NCBI GenBank assembly: GCA_021739625.1 | Contig: JAIPBJ010000008.1 | Location: 734 to 64,733, forward strand | Length of the DNA stretch: 64,000 nt | Source: Flavobacteriales bacterium | GTDB taxonomy: Bacteria > Bacteroidota > Bacteroidia > UBA10329 | Reading direction: 5' to 3' | In this document: positions 53,078 to 63,213 of the stretch, piece after piece | Numbering within the stretch: the stretch's first letter is position 1 | Layout of the letters: every line of letters starts with the position of its first letter | The notes under the pieces: model-generated | What the model saw: only the letters and a program-made list of their open reading frames with translations | Database searches by the model: none | Told to the model about the DNA's origin: nothing | Program-made: the position numbers and the translations under genes

Positions 53078-53947
53078 ATGCGACCATCCCAAGGAATTGC
53101 GCTGATCAGTGTCACCTGCAATGGTCTGACCTTCAATTGTCGAACGGCAGGTGCTGCCGAAGGAATGCCGGTGATACTGCTTCATGGCTGGCCCGAGACC
53201 TCACAGATGTGGGAGCCGCAGATGCTGCGTCTGGCCTCAGAAGGCTATCGCTGCATTGCTCCCGATATGCGGGGATTCAGCCCCGGAGCGCGACCTGTGG
53301 AGGTGGCCGGCTATGATGTGCGCATGCTTTCAGGCGATGTCATCTCAATCGCAGATACATTGGGAATGGGCCGATTCCATCTCATCGGCCACGACTGGGG
53401 TGCGGCCATAGGGTGGGCCACAGTGACCCTTCATTCCGACCGGTTCCTAAGCTGGACAGCCATGTCGGTGCCACATCTGCCCGCATTTGCAGATGCCATC
53501 CGCAACGACCCGCGCCAACGTATGATGAGTCGCTACATGGGCTGGTTCCAATGGCCTTGGCTGCCCGAATGGTTCCTGCTGCGCAATGGGGCGAAGGCAC
53601 TTCGCGATGTGTGGCGCAGGAGCAATCCCGAACAGGTGGCAGCCTATCTCTCGGTGTTGGGAAACAAGGAAGCACTCAAGGCCAGTCTCAATTACTATCG
53701 CGCCAATTATGGGATGCTGACCAAGGGCGATGAGGTATATGCGTTCGGTGATATCTCAGTTCCCACGCTCATGCTCTGGGGCAAACGCGATTTCGCCATT
53801 GGTCCGGTGGGAGTGCTTGGTACGGCCCGGTACATGAAAGGCCCTTACCGTCTGGTGGAACTTGAGGCAACCCATTGGTTGGTGCAGGAGGCTCCTGAGC
53901 CCTGCACGCAGGAGATCATGGCCCATCTTGCATCCACAAGCAGGTGA
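53078..53947 (+). CDS. Alpha/beta hydrolase (epoxide hydrolase / haloalkane dehalogenase-like)
   Basis: The protein has the motifs LLHGWPETS and GHDWGA (nucleophile elbow), with a C-terminal His context (ATHW). Confidence 0.8.
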   Translation: MRPSQGIALISVTCNGLTFNCRTAGAAEGMPVILLHGWPETSQMWEPQMLRLASEGYRCIAPDMRGFSPGARPVEVAGYDVRMLSGDVISIADTLGMGRFHLIGHDWGAAIGWATVTLHSDRFLSWTAMSVPHLPAFADAIRNDPRQRMMSRYMGWFQWPWLPEWFLLRNGAKALRDVWRRSNPEQVAAYLSVLGNKEALKASLNYYRANYGMLTKGDEVYAFGDISVPTLMLWGKRDFAIGPVGVLGTARYMKGPYRLVELEATHWLVQEAPEPCTQEIMAHLASTSR

Positions 53948-53967
53948 CGAATCACCGTAAAGCTCTT

Positions 53968-55170
53968 TCAATATAGGAGCTGGTCGTAGGGATAGCGGTC
54001 CACGTGCAGCTCCTTCACGCGGTCATAAAGCAGGTCGCGCAATGCTTCCACGTTCTGGCGTTCGGTTGCCGAGATGAAGATGGTGTCCAGTCCCTTACCA
54101 TCATTGCTCATCCAAGTCCGCTTCAGATCTTCGAGCGTCATATTCTCTCGCGTGGCGGCAGTCAGATCGTCCTCGTCCTTCTTTACGTAGGAATAGGCAT
54201 CGATCTTATTGAAGACCATGATAACGGGTTTGTCGCTGGCACCGATCTCAGCCAATGTGCTGTTTACCACTTTAATGTGGTCTTCAAAATCGGGATGCGA
54301 GATGTCCACCACATGCAGTAGAATATCAGCCTCGCGCACTTCATCCAGCGTGCTTTTGAAGCTCTCCACCAATTGATGTGGCAGTTTCCTTATGAACCCT
54401 ACGGTGTCTGAGATCAGGAACGGCAGGTTCTGGATCACCACCTTGCGCACAGTGGTGTCGAGTGTGGCGAAGAGCTTGTCCTCTGCAAAGACCTCCGATT
54501 TGCTGATGAGGTTCATGAGCGTTGATTTGCCCACGTTCGTGTAGCCTACCAGCGCCACCCGGATCATCTGTCCACGGCTCTTGCGCTGTGTGGTCATCTG
54601 CTTGTCGATGGTCTTGAGCTGCTGTTTGAGCAGGGCGATCTTGTCGCGGATGATCCTGCGGTCGGTCTCGATCTCCTTTTCGCCTGCACCGCCTCTGGTG
54701 CCCGTGCCGCCCCGTTGCCGCTCCAAGTGGCTCCACATGTTGGTGAGGCGCGGAAGCAGATACTGATAGCGTGCCAGCTCCACCTGCACCCTTGCCTGTG
54801 CGGTCTGCGCGCGCTGATGAAAAATATCCAGGATCAGAAGGCTGCGGTCATAGATCTTCCGTTCAAAGATCTTTTCCAGGTTCCGGAGTTGCGATGGACT
54901 GAGGTCGTCATCAAAAACAATGACATCGATGTTTTCGGCCTTCACGTATGCATCGATCTCATCGATCTTGCCCGACCCGAGGAATGTTCGGATGTCGGGT
55001 TTGGCAAGCCGTTGCGTGAATCGCCTGCCGGGAACAAGCCCGGCCGTTTCCATCAGGAAAGCCAGCTCATCCATATAGTCCTGCACCTGTTTGTCGGACT
55101 GAGAACCCAGAATAAGGCCCACAAGGATGGCGCGTTCCGCCACCGGGGCGGTATCAAACAATTTCACCAC
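53968..55170 (-). CDS. hflX: GTPase HflX
   Basis: The protein has an HflX N-domain, then G motifs GYTNVGKS, DTVGF and NKID. The start is a GTG. Confidence 0.9.
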   Translation of the reverse strand: MVKLFDTAPVAERAILVGLILGSQSDKQVQDYMDELAFLMETAGLVPGRRFTQRLAKPDIRTFLGSGKIDEIDAYVKAENIDVIVFDDDLSPSQLRNLEKIFERKIYDRSLLILDIFHQRAQTAQARVQVELARYQYLLPRLTNMWSHLERQRGGTGTRGGAGEKEIETDRRIIRDKIALLKQQLKTIDKQMTTQRKSRGQMIRVALVGYTNVGKSTLMNLISKSEVFAEDKLFATLDTTVRKVVIQNLPFLISDTVGFIRKLPHQLVESFKSTLDEVREADILLHVVDISHPDFEDHIKVVNSTLAEIGASDKPVIMVFNKIDAYSYVKKDEDDLTAATRENMTLEDLKRTWMSNDGKGLDTIFISATERQNVEALRDLLYDRVKELHVDRYPYDQLLY

Positions 55171-55240
55171 GAGCTGATTGCGTTAGCGTCAGAACGACTC
55201 AGCGGGAAAAGTCCCAACTGCTGTTTCTGACCGTCAACCG

Positions 55241-55248
55241 CAAAGATA
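55241..55248 (-). promoter_or_regulatory. Bacteroidota -7 box TATCTTTG upstream of hflX
   Basis: The plus strand reads caaagata, 71 nt upstream of the hflX start. Confidence 0.45.
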
Positions 55249-55268
55249 GTTGTCGGAAGATGGGTTTC

Positions 55269-55715
55269 TCAGAACCACGCCTTGCCAAGATACTCGCGGA
55301 AGGGCCATGGGATGGTGGCCAGGATCATCAGCAGGCCGAGCGAGAAATAGACGACCGTGGCCTTCATCTTGTCATGGTCACTTTTCCCACGCTTGTATTT
55401 GGCGCGGCCAACAGTGATGAGCGCTATGCCTATCAACATGCCCACCAGATGTTCCACGCTCCAGAAACGTGATACAGCATCAGACATGTTGATGTCGAGA
55501 TGTCTATTGGTCACGAAGTAAAGCATCAACCCCAACACCAACTGGATGTGTGCGAATACGACCGTGAATTTGCTCAGACGGTCGTCTATGTCATCTATCT
55601 CTCGTTTTGTGACGAGACCGTTGATGGCATAGCCGATAGAACCAATAGCCATGAGCAGCAGCAGCCACCGCAGGCCCGAATGACTTGTGACGAGGTAACC
55701 GTGAAGTCCGTACAT
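55269..55715 (-). CDS. Hypothetical four-TM membrane protein
   Basis: The sequence starts MYGLHGYLVTSHSGLRWLLLLMAIG... and has four hydrophobic helices. The start is the internal ATG. Confidence 0.6.
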   Translation of the reverse strand: MYGLHGYLVTSHSGLRWLLLLMAIGSIGYAINGLVTKREIDDIDDRLSKFTVVFAHIQLVLGLMLYFVTNRHLDINMSDAVSRFWSVEHLVGMLIGIALITVGRAKYKRGKSDHDKMKATVVYFSLGLLMILATIPWPFREYLGKAWF

Positions 55716-55850
55716 GATGATAGGGTTTGTACAAATGTAACAAAAGCTTACAATAATGGTCACAGTTGCAAACGCATTGAATTTTGTTGGTTGCCCCAGA
55801 AGGCGGTCGAAAACGTAGTTTCGTCCCCCACACGTACTCCTCCGATTTAG

Positions 55851-58800
55851 ATGAAAAAGGTTCTTGCGCTAATCCCTGTCTTCATTGTCCTACTGAATCC
55901 AAGCTTTTCGCAGGAAACCTTCCCTATCAACGGGGTGAAGGACACTGACAAGGCCGTCCACGCCTTCACAGGGGCCACGGTGCATGTTTCGGCAGAGCGG
56001 AAATTGGAGAACGCCACGCTGCTGGTGCAGGAAGGCAAGGTAGTGCAGGTGGGGCAGGGCATCGCGGTGCCGAAGGGCGCGGTGGCGCATGACGTGAAGG
56101 GGCGGCACATCTTCCCCTCGCTCATCGATGCGTACTCGACCTATGGGGTGAAACAGCCCGAGAAGGAGAAGAAGAGCGGACGTGGCAGCGGGCCGCAGTA
56201 CGAACCGGCCAAGGCGGGCGCATTCACTTGGAACGATGCCCTGCATCCCGAGGCGGATGCGGCAGCCCTCTTCCAGCCCGATGCCAAGAAGGCCGAGGCA
56301 CTGAGGAAGCTCGGTTTCGGGGGTGCGGTGTCGGTGGTGCAGGATGGCATTGCGAGGGGGAAGGCCGCCTTCGTGCTCACGGGCAACGGCTCGGCCAACG
56401 ACAATCTCGTGCAGGGCGATGTGACAGCCAACTATTCATTCTCTAAGGGAACAAGCACGCAGGACTATCCCAGCTCGCTTATGGGCAGCATCGCGCTGCT
56501 GCGGCAGGCGTGGCTCGATGCGCAGTGGTACGCCACCCTCACCGACCACAGCAAGGAGCAGAACCTCGGCCTCCAGGCGTGGAATGAGAATCAGCAGTTG
56601 GTGCAGGTGTTTGAGGCGGGCGACCTGCTCAATGTGCTCCGTGCCGACAAGGTGGGCGATGAGTTCGGGCAGCAGTTCATCTTCGTGGGTTCTGGAAAGG
56701 AGTATCAGCGGATAGATGCTATGAAGGCCACCAAGGGCAGGTTCATCATCCCGCTCAAATTCCCCGATGCGCTGGACGTGGAAGACCCCTACGATGCGCA
56801 GGTGGCCAACCTCAGCGACATGCTGCACTGGGAACTGGCCCCCACCAACCTCGAAGCGATGCATAGCGCGGGCATCCCGTTCGCCCTCACGCTGCACGGG
56901 CTGGAGAAGGAGGCCGATTTCATGCCCGCCCTCCGCAGGTCGCTGGAGCAGGGACTCGACACGGCTGCCGCACTGGCCGCGCTCACCTCGGTGCCAGCGA
57001 AAATGTTCGGCCTAAAGAACGTGGGCGACCTCAGCACGGGCAGCCTCGCCAATTTCATCATCACCACAGAACACCTTTTTGATGAGAAGAACACCGTACT
57101 CGAGCATTGGATAAAAGGCAAGCGGTACATCATCGGCCCAGAACCGAACGAGGGACTGGCGGGGGTCTATGCCCTGAAAGCAGGCAGCTACCAGGCCAAG
57201 GTGACCCTGAGCGAGAAGGACGGCAAGGTCTCGGCCAAGCTGATGACCAACGACACCAGCGGCATCGACATGGGGCTGAAACTGGAGAGCAGCCTTGTGA
57301 CCATCACCCTCAGGACCGACAAGGACGCGAAGGCAGCCTTCCGCCTCTCGGGCATCAGCGAGGGCAGGGCGTTCAAGGGGCGCGGGCAGAACCCTGATGG
57401 CGACTGGCTCGAATGGTCTATGACTTGGGAAAAAGAAGAGGAGAAGAAGGACGGGGACAAGAAGAAGGACGATAAGAAGGATTCGGTGATGGGCCGTGTC
57501 ATCTATCCGTTCCTCGCCTACGGCAATGCGGAACTCCCGAAAGCGGAGACCGTGCTGGTGCGCAACGCCACCGTATGGACCAACGAGAAGGACGGCATCC
57601 TGAAAGAGACCGATGTCATCATTTCTGAAGGGAAGATAAAAGCGGTGGGCAAGGGACTGGCTGCGCCTTCGGGTGCGAAGGTGGTCGATGGCACGGGCAA
57701 GCATCTGGCATCTGGCATCATTGACGAGCACTCGCACATCGCCATCAGCCGTGGGGTGAACGAGGGTGCGCAGGCGGTGACGGCCGAGGTGAGCATAGCG
57801 GATGTGGTCGATTCGGAGAACATCAATGTCTATCGTCAACTGGCGGGCGGGGTCACGGCCGCGCAGCTGCTCCATGGTTCTGCCAACCCCATTGGGGGAC
57901 AGAGTGCGCTCATCAAGATGCACTGGGGCAGATTGCCAGAGGAGATGAAGATCGCCAACGCCCCGAAGCACATCAAGTTCGCGCTGGGCGAGAACGTGAA
58001 GCAGGCCAACTGGGGCGAGCGTTACAGCACCCGATTCCCACAGACGCGCATGGGTGTCGAGCAGGTGTATTACGATGCATTCCACCGGGCCCGCGCGTAC
58101 AGGCAGGAATGGTCGGCCTTCAACGCCAAGAAGGGCGGTGGTGCGCCAAGAAGGGACCTCGAAATGGAGGTGCTGGTCGAGATTCTCGATTCCAAACGGT
58201 TCGTGACCTGCCACAGCTATGTGCAGAGCGAGATCAATATGCTGATGCACGTGGCCGACAGCATGGGCTTTGTGCTCAACACGTTCACACACATCCTCGA
58301 AGGCTATAAGGTAGCCGACAAGATGGTCGCGCACGGGGCCAACGGTTCCACTTTCAGCGACTGGTGGGCCTACAAGATGGAGGTGAGCGATGCCATTCCC
58401 TACAACGCGGCACTGATGCACCGTCAGGGTGTGAATGTGGGCATCAACAGCGATGACGCGGAGATGGGCCGCAGGCTGAATCAGGAGGCGGCCAAGGGCG
58501 TGAAATACGGGGGAATGAGCGAGGAGGAGGCTTGGAAGATGGTGACCCTCAACCCCGCCAGGATGCTGAAGCTGGACGGCCGCACGGGCAGCATCAAGGC
58601 AGGCAAGGACGCGGATGTGGTGCTGTGGTCCGACAGCCCGCTGTCCATCTACGCCCGAGCCGAGCAGACCTGGGTGGACGGCATCCGCTATTGGGACGGG
58701 CAGCAGGATGCAGAGGCGCGCAAGGCCCTTGCCCAGGAGCGTAACCGGCTCATCCAAAAAATGATAACGGCCAAGAAGGGAGGTGCCAAGACCGCCAGAC

Positions 58801-58880
58801 CCGTCAAGGGGCCCGAACGCTTCTACCACTGCGACAGCATGGGCACCGAAGGCGAGGAGCACGGTTGCGGGGGGCATTGA
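55851..58880 (+). CDS. Large secreted amidohydrolase-family protein (two amidohydrolase-like modules)
   Basis: The protein has a signal peptide, the contexts SLIDAYSTYG and GIIDEHSHIAISRG, and a GINSDD metal-ligand context. Confidence 0.8.
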   Translation: MKKVLALIPVFIVLLNPSFSQETFPINGVKDTDKAVHAFTGATVHVSAERKLENATLLVQEGKVVQVGQGIAVPKGAVAHDVKGRHIFPSLIDAYSTYGVKQPEKEKKSGRGSGPQYEPAKAGAFTWNDALHPEADAAALFQPDAKKAEALRKLGFGGAVSVVQDGIARGKAAFVLTGNGSANDNLVQGDVTANYSFSKGTSTQDYPSSLMGSIALLRQAWLDAQWYATLTDHSKEQNLGLQAWNENQQLVQVFEAGDLLNVLRADKVGDEFGQQFIFVGSGKEYQRIDAMKATKGRFIIPLKFPDALDVEDPYDAQVANLSDMLHWELAPTNLEAMHSAGIPFALTLHGLEKEADFMPALRRSLEQGLDTAAALAALTSVPAKMFGLKNVGDLSTGSLANFIITTEHLFDEKNTVLEHWIKGKRYIIGPEPNEGLAGVYALKAGSYQAKVTLSEKDGKVSAKLMTNDTSGIDMGLKLESSLVTITLRTDKDAKAAFRLSGISEGRAFKGRGQNPDGDWLEWSMTWEKEEEKKDGDKKKDDKKDSVMGRVIYPFLAYGNAELPKAETVLVRNATVWTNEKDGILKETDVIISEGKIKAVGKGLAAPSGAKVVDGTGKHLASGIIDEHSHIAISRGVNEGAQAVTAEVSIADVVDSENINVYRQLAGGVTAAQLLHGSANPIGGQSALIKMHWGRLPEEMKIANAPKHIKFALGENVKQANWGERYSTRFPQTRMGVEQVYYDAFHRARAYRQEWSAFNAKKGGGAPRRDLEMEVLVEILDSKRFVTCHSYVQSEINMLMHVADSMGFVLNTFTHILEGYKVADKMVAHGANGSTFSDWWAYKMEVSDAIPYNAALMHRQGVNVGINSDDAEMGRRLNQEAAKGVKYGGMSEEEAWKMVTLNPARMLKLDGRTGSIKAGKDADVVLWSDSPLSIYARAEQTWVDGIRYWDGQQDAEARKALAQERNRLIQKMITAKKGGAKTARPVKGPERFYHCDSMGTEGEEHGCGGH

Positions 58881-58980
58881 GCGGTATGCGCTATTGCTGC
58901 ATGGTGGCGCACGCTTCCGCAGCCTGCCGGGCGAACCTTCGGAGGGCGACCGCAGCGAGACAATTGCCACGGGCGATGGC

Positions 58981-59220
58981 ATGCGCAACAAATTCGATGT
59001 CACCCTTGCCTATATGCCCGTGACCCCCGGCACGGTGAGCGTGACCGATGGCCTCGAAACCTTTACCGACCACGACAATGGCGATGGCACCGGCCTGCTC
59101 AAAGGCAGTTCGGGCGGCAGCGGCACAGTCAACTATGCCTCGGACCTCCTATCGGTCAGCTTCATGATGGCCCCTGCCATGGGCGCGCCTATCGTGGTGG
59201 AGTATGTGGGAGGGGTGTGA
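58981..59220 (+). CDS. Small orphan ORF with a phage-structural-like beta motif (uncertain start)
   Basis: The translation is MRNKFDVTLAYMPVTPGTVSVTDGLETFTDHDNGDGTGLLKGSSGGSGTVNYASDLLSVSF.... It has GC-rich third positions. The frame is open upstream back to the amidohydrolase stop. Confidence 0.3.
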   Translation: MRNKFDVTLAYMPVTPGTVSVTDGLETFTDHDNGDGTGLLKGSSGGSGTVNYASDLLSVSFMMAPAMGAPIVVEYVGGV

Positions 59221-59243
59221 GTCTGCCCCGTCTTAGAGAATGG

Positions 59244-59276
59244 AAGCCCCGCTGCGCGAGATGTGCAGCGGGGCTT
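59244..59276. terminator. 12-bp hairpin between the small ORF and the convergent glyQS
   Basis: The hairpin is AAGCCCCGCTGC-9 nt-GCAGCGGGGCTT. Confidence 0.45.
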
Positions 59277-59309
59277 GTTCGTTGGGCTAAATAGTATGGA
59301 GGGGTGCAA

Positions 59310-60848
59310 TCACCCCAACCTCTCCAACACCTTCCTCACACCCACCTTCTCCTCCACGATTCCCGATAGCTGCTCAATAGGCACACGCTCCTGTTTCATT
59401 GTATCACGGTCGCGGAGGGTGACGGCATTGTCCACCAAGGTGTCGTGGTCGATGGTGATGCAAAAGGGCGTGCCGATGGCATCCTGCCTGCGGTAGCGCT
59501 TGCCGATGCTGTCCTTCTCCTCGTAGATGATATTGTGGTCGAAACGCAGCTGGTTGAAGATCTCCATCGCCTTTTCGGGCAGCCCGTCTTTTTTGACGAG
59601 GGGCAGAATGGCCAGTTTCACAGGGGCGAGGAAGGGCGGCAATGCCAGCACGGTGCGCTCGGAACCGTCCTCCAGTTTCTCTTCCTTGTAGGAGGAGGAC
59701 AGCACAGCAAGGAAGGTGCGGTCTAGCCCGATGGAGGTCTCCACCACATATGGCACGTAGCTCTCGTTCATCTCAGGGTCGAAGTATTGCAGCTTCTTGC
59801 CGCTGAACTTCTCGTGCTGCGTGAGGTCGAAATCGGTGCGCGAATGGATGCCTTCCAACTCCTTGAAACCGAACGGGAAGTTGAACTCAATATCGAAAGC
59901 CGCGTTGGCGTAGTGCGCCAGCTTGTCGTGGGCATGGAAGCGGTAGTTCTGCTCGCCCAACCCAATGGCGTGGTGCCACGCGAGGCGTTTCTGCTTCCAT
60001 TTTTCGAACCAGTCCAGCTCAGTGCCCGGCTTGACGAAGAACTGCATCTCCATCTGCTCGAACTCGCGCATACGGAAGATGAACTGCCGCGCCACGATCT
60101 CGTTGCGGAACGCCTTGCCTGTCTGTGCAATGCCGAACGGGATTTTCATCCTGCCCGATTTCTGAACGTTGAGGTAGTTGACGAAGATGCCCTGGGCCGT
60201 CTCGGGTCGCAGGTAGATGGTGCTGGCACCTTCGGCCATCGCGCCCATCTCGGTGGCGAACATCAGATTGAACTGCCGCACCTCTGTCCAGTTCTTGGAA
60301 CCTGACAGCGGGCACACGATCTCGAGGTCGATGATGATCTGGCGCACTTCCGTGAGGTCGTTCGCCTCCAAGGCATTCACAAAACGGGTGCGGATGGCCT
60401 CCTTCTGATCCATGTAGCCTTTCACACGCTCGTTAGTGGCGCGGTACATGGCCGCGTCAAAGTTCTCGAAGCGCTTGGCGGCCTTCTCCACCTCCTTGTC
60501 GGCCTTGGCATCCAGCTTGGCCATGTGGTCCTCGATGAGCACATCGGCACGGTAGCGCTTCTTGCTGTCCTTGTTGTCGATGAGCGGATCGTTGAAAGCG
60601 TCCACGTGGCCGCTGGCCTTCCAAGTGGTGGGGTGCATGAAGATGGCGGCATCGAGGCCCACGATGTTCTCGTTGAGCTGCACCATGGCCTTCCACCAAA
60701 AGTCGCGGATGTTCTTCTTCATCTCCACGCCCATCTGACCATAATCGTAGGTGGCGCTGAGGCCGTCATAGATCTCGCTGCTGGGGAATATGAAACCATA
60801 CTCCTTGCTGTGGCCAATGATGTTCTTAAAGAGGTCTTCGTTGTTCAT
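59310..60848 (-). CDS. glyQS: Glycine--tRNA ligase (dimeric class II type)
   Basis: The sequence reads MNNEDLFKNIIGHSKEYGFIFPSSEIYDGL...FRNEI..R.FIFRMREFEQMEMQFF, which are class II motifs, followed by an anticodon-binding C-terminal domain. Confidence 0.95.
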   Translation of the reverse strand: MNNEDLFKNIIGHSKEYGFIFPSSEIYDGLSATYDYGQMGVEMKKNIRDFWWKAMVQLNENIVGLDAAIFMHPTTWKASGHVDAFNDPLIDNKDSKKRYRADVLIEDHMAKLDAKADKEVEKAAKRFENFDAAMYRATNERVKGYMDQKEAIRTRFVNALEANDLTEVRQIIIDLEIVCPLSGSKNWTEVRQFNLMFATEMGAMAEGASTIYLRPETAQGIFVNYLNVQKSGRMKIPFGIAQTGKAFRNEIVARQFIFRMREFEQMEMQFFVKPGTELDWFEKWKQKRLAWHHAIGLGEQNYRFHAHDKLAHYANAAFDIEFNFPFGFKELEGIHSRTDFDLTQHEKFSGKKLQYFDPEMNESYVPYVVETSIGLDRTFLAVLSSSYKEEKLEDGSERTVLALPPFLAPVKLAILPLVKKDGLPEKAMEIFNQLRFDHNIIYEEKDSIGKRYRRQDAIGTPFCITIDHDTLVDNAVTLRDRDTMKQERVPIEQLSGIVEEKVGVRKVLERLG

Positions 60849-60914
60849 CTTGATGGAAAATTGAGGGGCGCAAAGCTAAGGCTGTGGTCACGACCAAGCC
60901 ACAGCGTACCATAC

Positions 60915-60922
60915 TACCTTTG
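60915..60922 (+). promoter_or_regulatory. Bacteroidota -7 box TAccTTTG
   Basis: There is an exact TAnnTTTG match 22 nt upstream of the ATG at 60944. Confidence 0.5.
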
Positions 60923-60943
60923 ATAGCCCGTAAGAGCTTACAG

Positions 60944-63127
60944 ATGTTGCTGTTTCACGCACTGGATTTTTCGCTGCCGTTGAAAAACCCGGTGCTGCTC
61001 TTTGCGATGATCCTTTTCATCATCCTGTTCGCGCCCATAGTGCTGAACAAGCTGAAGATTCCGCACCTCATCGGACTCATCATTGCGGGGGCGCTCATCG
61101 GGCCTTTCGGTCTCAATCTGATGCTCCGCGATAGCAGTATCGTGCTGTTCGGAACCGTGGGCCTGCTCTACATCATGTTCTTGGCGGGGCTGGAGATAGA
61201 CATGGCCGAGTTCAAGAAGAACAGTGGCAAGAGCCTCACCTTCGGGCTGCTCACCTTCCTGATACCGATGGCCTTCGGCACGGCTTCGGGCCATTATCTG
61301 CTCGGGTTCACGCTGCCCACGTCCATTCTGATGGCCAGCATGTTCGCATCGCACACGCTCATCGCCTATCCCATCATCAGCAAGCTGGGCATTGTGAAGA
61401 ACCGCGCGGTGAATGTGACCGTGGGCGGCACCATGGTCACCGACACCCTTGCGCTGTTGGTGCTTGCGGGTGTAACAGGTCTTTACACTGGCGAGGCCGA
61501 CAAGGCATTCTGGATACAGCTCGGCATCTCTGTCCTGTTGTTCGGGTCCATAGTGATGCTGGTGTTTCCCATCATCGGGCGGTGGTTTTTCAAGCGGTTT
61601 GACGACAACGTTTCGCAGTACATTTTCGTGCTCAGCATGGTTTTCCTTGGTGGATTTTTGGCCGAGGCAGCAGGCGTGGAGGCCATCATCGGGGCGTTCT
61701 TGGCCGGTCTGGCGCTCAATAGGCTCATTCCGCACACATCGCCTTTGATGAACCGCATCGAGTTCGTTGGCAACGCGCTTTTCATCCCATTCTTCCTCAT
61801 CGGGGTGGGCATGCTGATAGATTATCGGGCATTCATCCATGACTGGGACACCATCAAGGTGGCCGTGGTGATGACCGTGATGGCCGAACTGTCGAAGTAT
61901 CTGTCGGCCTATCTCACCCAGAAGATATTCGGCTTCACTGCCGATGAGCGAAGGGTCATCTTCGGTCTTGGGTCGGCACACGCGGCAGCCACACTGGCCA
62001 TTGTGCTGGTGGGCTACAACATCATCCTGAACACCGATGCCATTGCCCAGGCCGCGGCCTTGGGCTTTGTGCTCGAACCTGTCCGCCTGCTGAATGAAAG
62101 CGTGCTCAACGGCACGATCCTGATGATACTGGTCACATGCACCATCGCCACCTTCGTGGCGCAGAAGGGAGCACAGGGCATCGCCTTGGCCGAGGCATCG
62201 GAAGATGGGGTTGAGGCTCTGGACCAGGTAGAACGCATCCTCATTCCTGTGGCCCGCACAGAGAGTACCGCTGACCTCGTCAATCTGGCCGTCACCGTGA
62301 AGAGCAAGAGCAACAGGCGCGGCATGTATGCACTTCATGTGCTTGACAACACCAGGGATGACAGCAGGGGCGACAAAACGGCAAGGAAGGTGCTCGACCT
62401 TGCTGCAGTGACCGCTGCCTCAACAGACAACCACGTGCAGGAGCTGCTGCGCTATGATATGAATGTGGTGAACGCCATTGCCAGCGTGGTGAAGGAACAC
62501 CGCATCAGCGACATCATCCTTGGACTGCATGAGCAGGACAGCGAATCCGATTCGTTCCTCGGCAACCTCACCAATGGCGTTCTTTCGAGGTGCAACACCA
62601 CAACGCTCATTTACAGGCCGATCCAACCTTTGGGCACCATAAAGCGGCATCTGGTCATCATACCCGACAAGGCCGAGAAAGAGATGGGCTTCCCCTTCTG
62701 GCTCATCAAAGTGTGGAACATTGCCCGCAACACCGGGGCAAAACTGGTGTTCTTCTCGTCCGAACAGACGCTTCAGGTGGTGAAGGAGGTGCATGCAAAG
62801 CATCCGATTGAGGCAGAGTTCCGGAAGTTCGGTGATTGGGATGATTTCCTCATCCTATCACGGGACGTGAAGGCCGAGGACAGCCTATTCATTGTAATGA
62901 GCCGGGCAGGTCATCCCAGCCACCAGAGCAGCATGTCGCGCATTCCGGGCTTTCTGAGGAGGTATTTCAAGGACACCAGTTTCATTCTGGCCTATCCCAT
63001 GCAGAGCGGGGTCGCAGGCGGGTCCAACAGCCTGATGAACGCATCCGTGCTCGAACCTTTCAAGGAGAACCTCGACCGTTTGGACGAGCTGGGTCAGACC
63101 ATCGCCAGCCTGTTCAAGAGGAAGTAG
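60944..63127 (+). CDS. Cation:proton antiporter (CPA family) with a ~300-aa C-terminal soluble regulatory region
   Basis: The Na+/H+-exchanger-type TM core reads IPHLIGLIIAGALIGPFGLN...FLAGLEID. The C-terminal half is soluble and USP-like. Confidence 0.8.
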   Translation: MLLFHALDFSLPLKNPVLLFAMILFIILFAPIVLNKLKIPHLIGLIIAGALIGPFGLNLMLRDSSIVLFGTVGLLYIMFLAGLEIDMAEFKKNSGKSLTFGLLTFLIPMAFGTASGHYLLGFTLPTSILMASMFASHTLIAYPIISKLGIVKNRAVNVTVGGTMVTDTLALLVLAGVTGLYTGEADKAFWIQLGISVLLFGSIVMLVFPIIGRWFFKRFDDNVSQYIFVLSMVFLGGFLAEAAGVEAIIGAFLAGLALNRLIPHTSPLMNRIEFVGNALFIPFFLIGVGMLIDYRAFIHDWDTIKVAVVMTVMAELSKYLSAYLTQKIFGFTADERRVIFGLGSAHAAATLAIVLVGYNIILNTDAIAQAAALGFVLEPVRLLNESVLNGTILMILVTCTIATFVAQKGAQGIALAEASEDGVEALDQVERILIPVARTESTADLVNLAVTVKSKSNRRGMYALHVLDNTRDDSRGDKTARKVLDLAAVTAASTDNHVQELLRYDMNVVNAIASVVKEHRISDIILGLHEQDSESDSFLGNLTNGVLSRCNTTTLIYRPIQPLGTIKRHLVIIPDKAEKEMGFPFWLIKVWNIARNTGAKLVFFSSEQTLQVVKEVHAKHPIEAEFRKFGDWDDFLILSRDVKAEDSLFIVMSRAGHPSHQSSMSRIPGFLRRYFKDTSFILAYPMQSGVAGGSNSLMNASVLEPFKENLDRLDELGQTIASLFKRK

Positions 63128-63213
63128 CGCAGTGTGCAATGCTGATGCGTTCGTAGATTCGTGCCATTCAAAGTGAATCTGGCGGATATTCTTCCGCTGA
63201 CCATACCCGCATC

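Noticed and set aside
57012-59003. A 663-aa ORF antisense to the amidohydrolase gene
   Set aside because: It is an antisense shadow that is rich in Arg/His/Leu/Pro. The sense frame has a signal peptide and amidohydrolase metal-binding motifs.
60881-60905. A 7-bp hairpin (GCTGTGG...CCACAGC) in the glyQS/antiporter divergent region
   Set aside because: The stem is short and of a kind expected by chance. It is too weak to call as a regulatory element or a T-box-like structure, and it has no other conserved features.
60938-62338. A 466-aa ORF antisense to the antiporter gene, and a 256-aa ORF (63094-63864) antisense to the DUF389 gene
   Set aside because: Both are antisense shadows with highly charged His/Arg/Asp/Glu composition, lying opposite clearly hydrophobic transporter frames.
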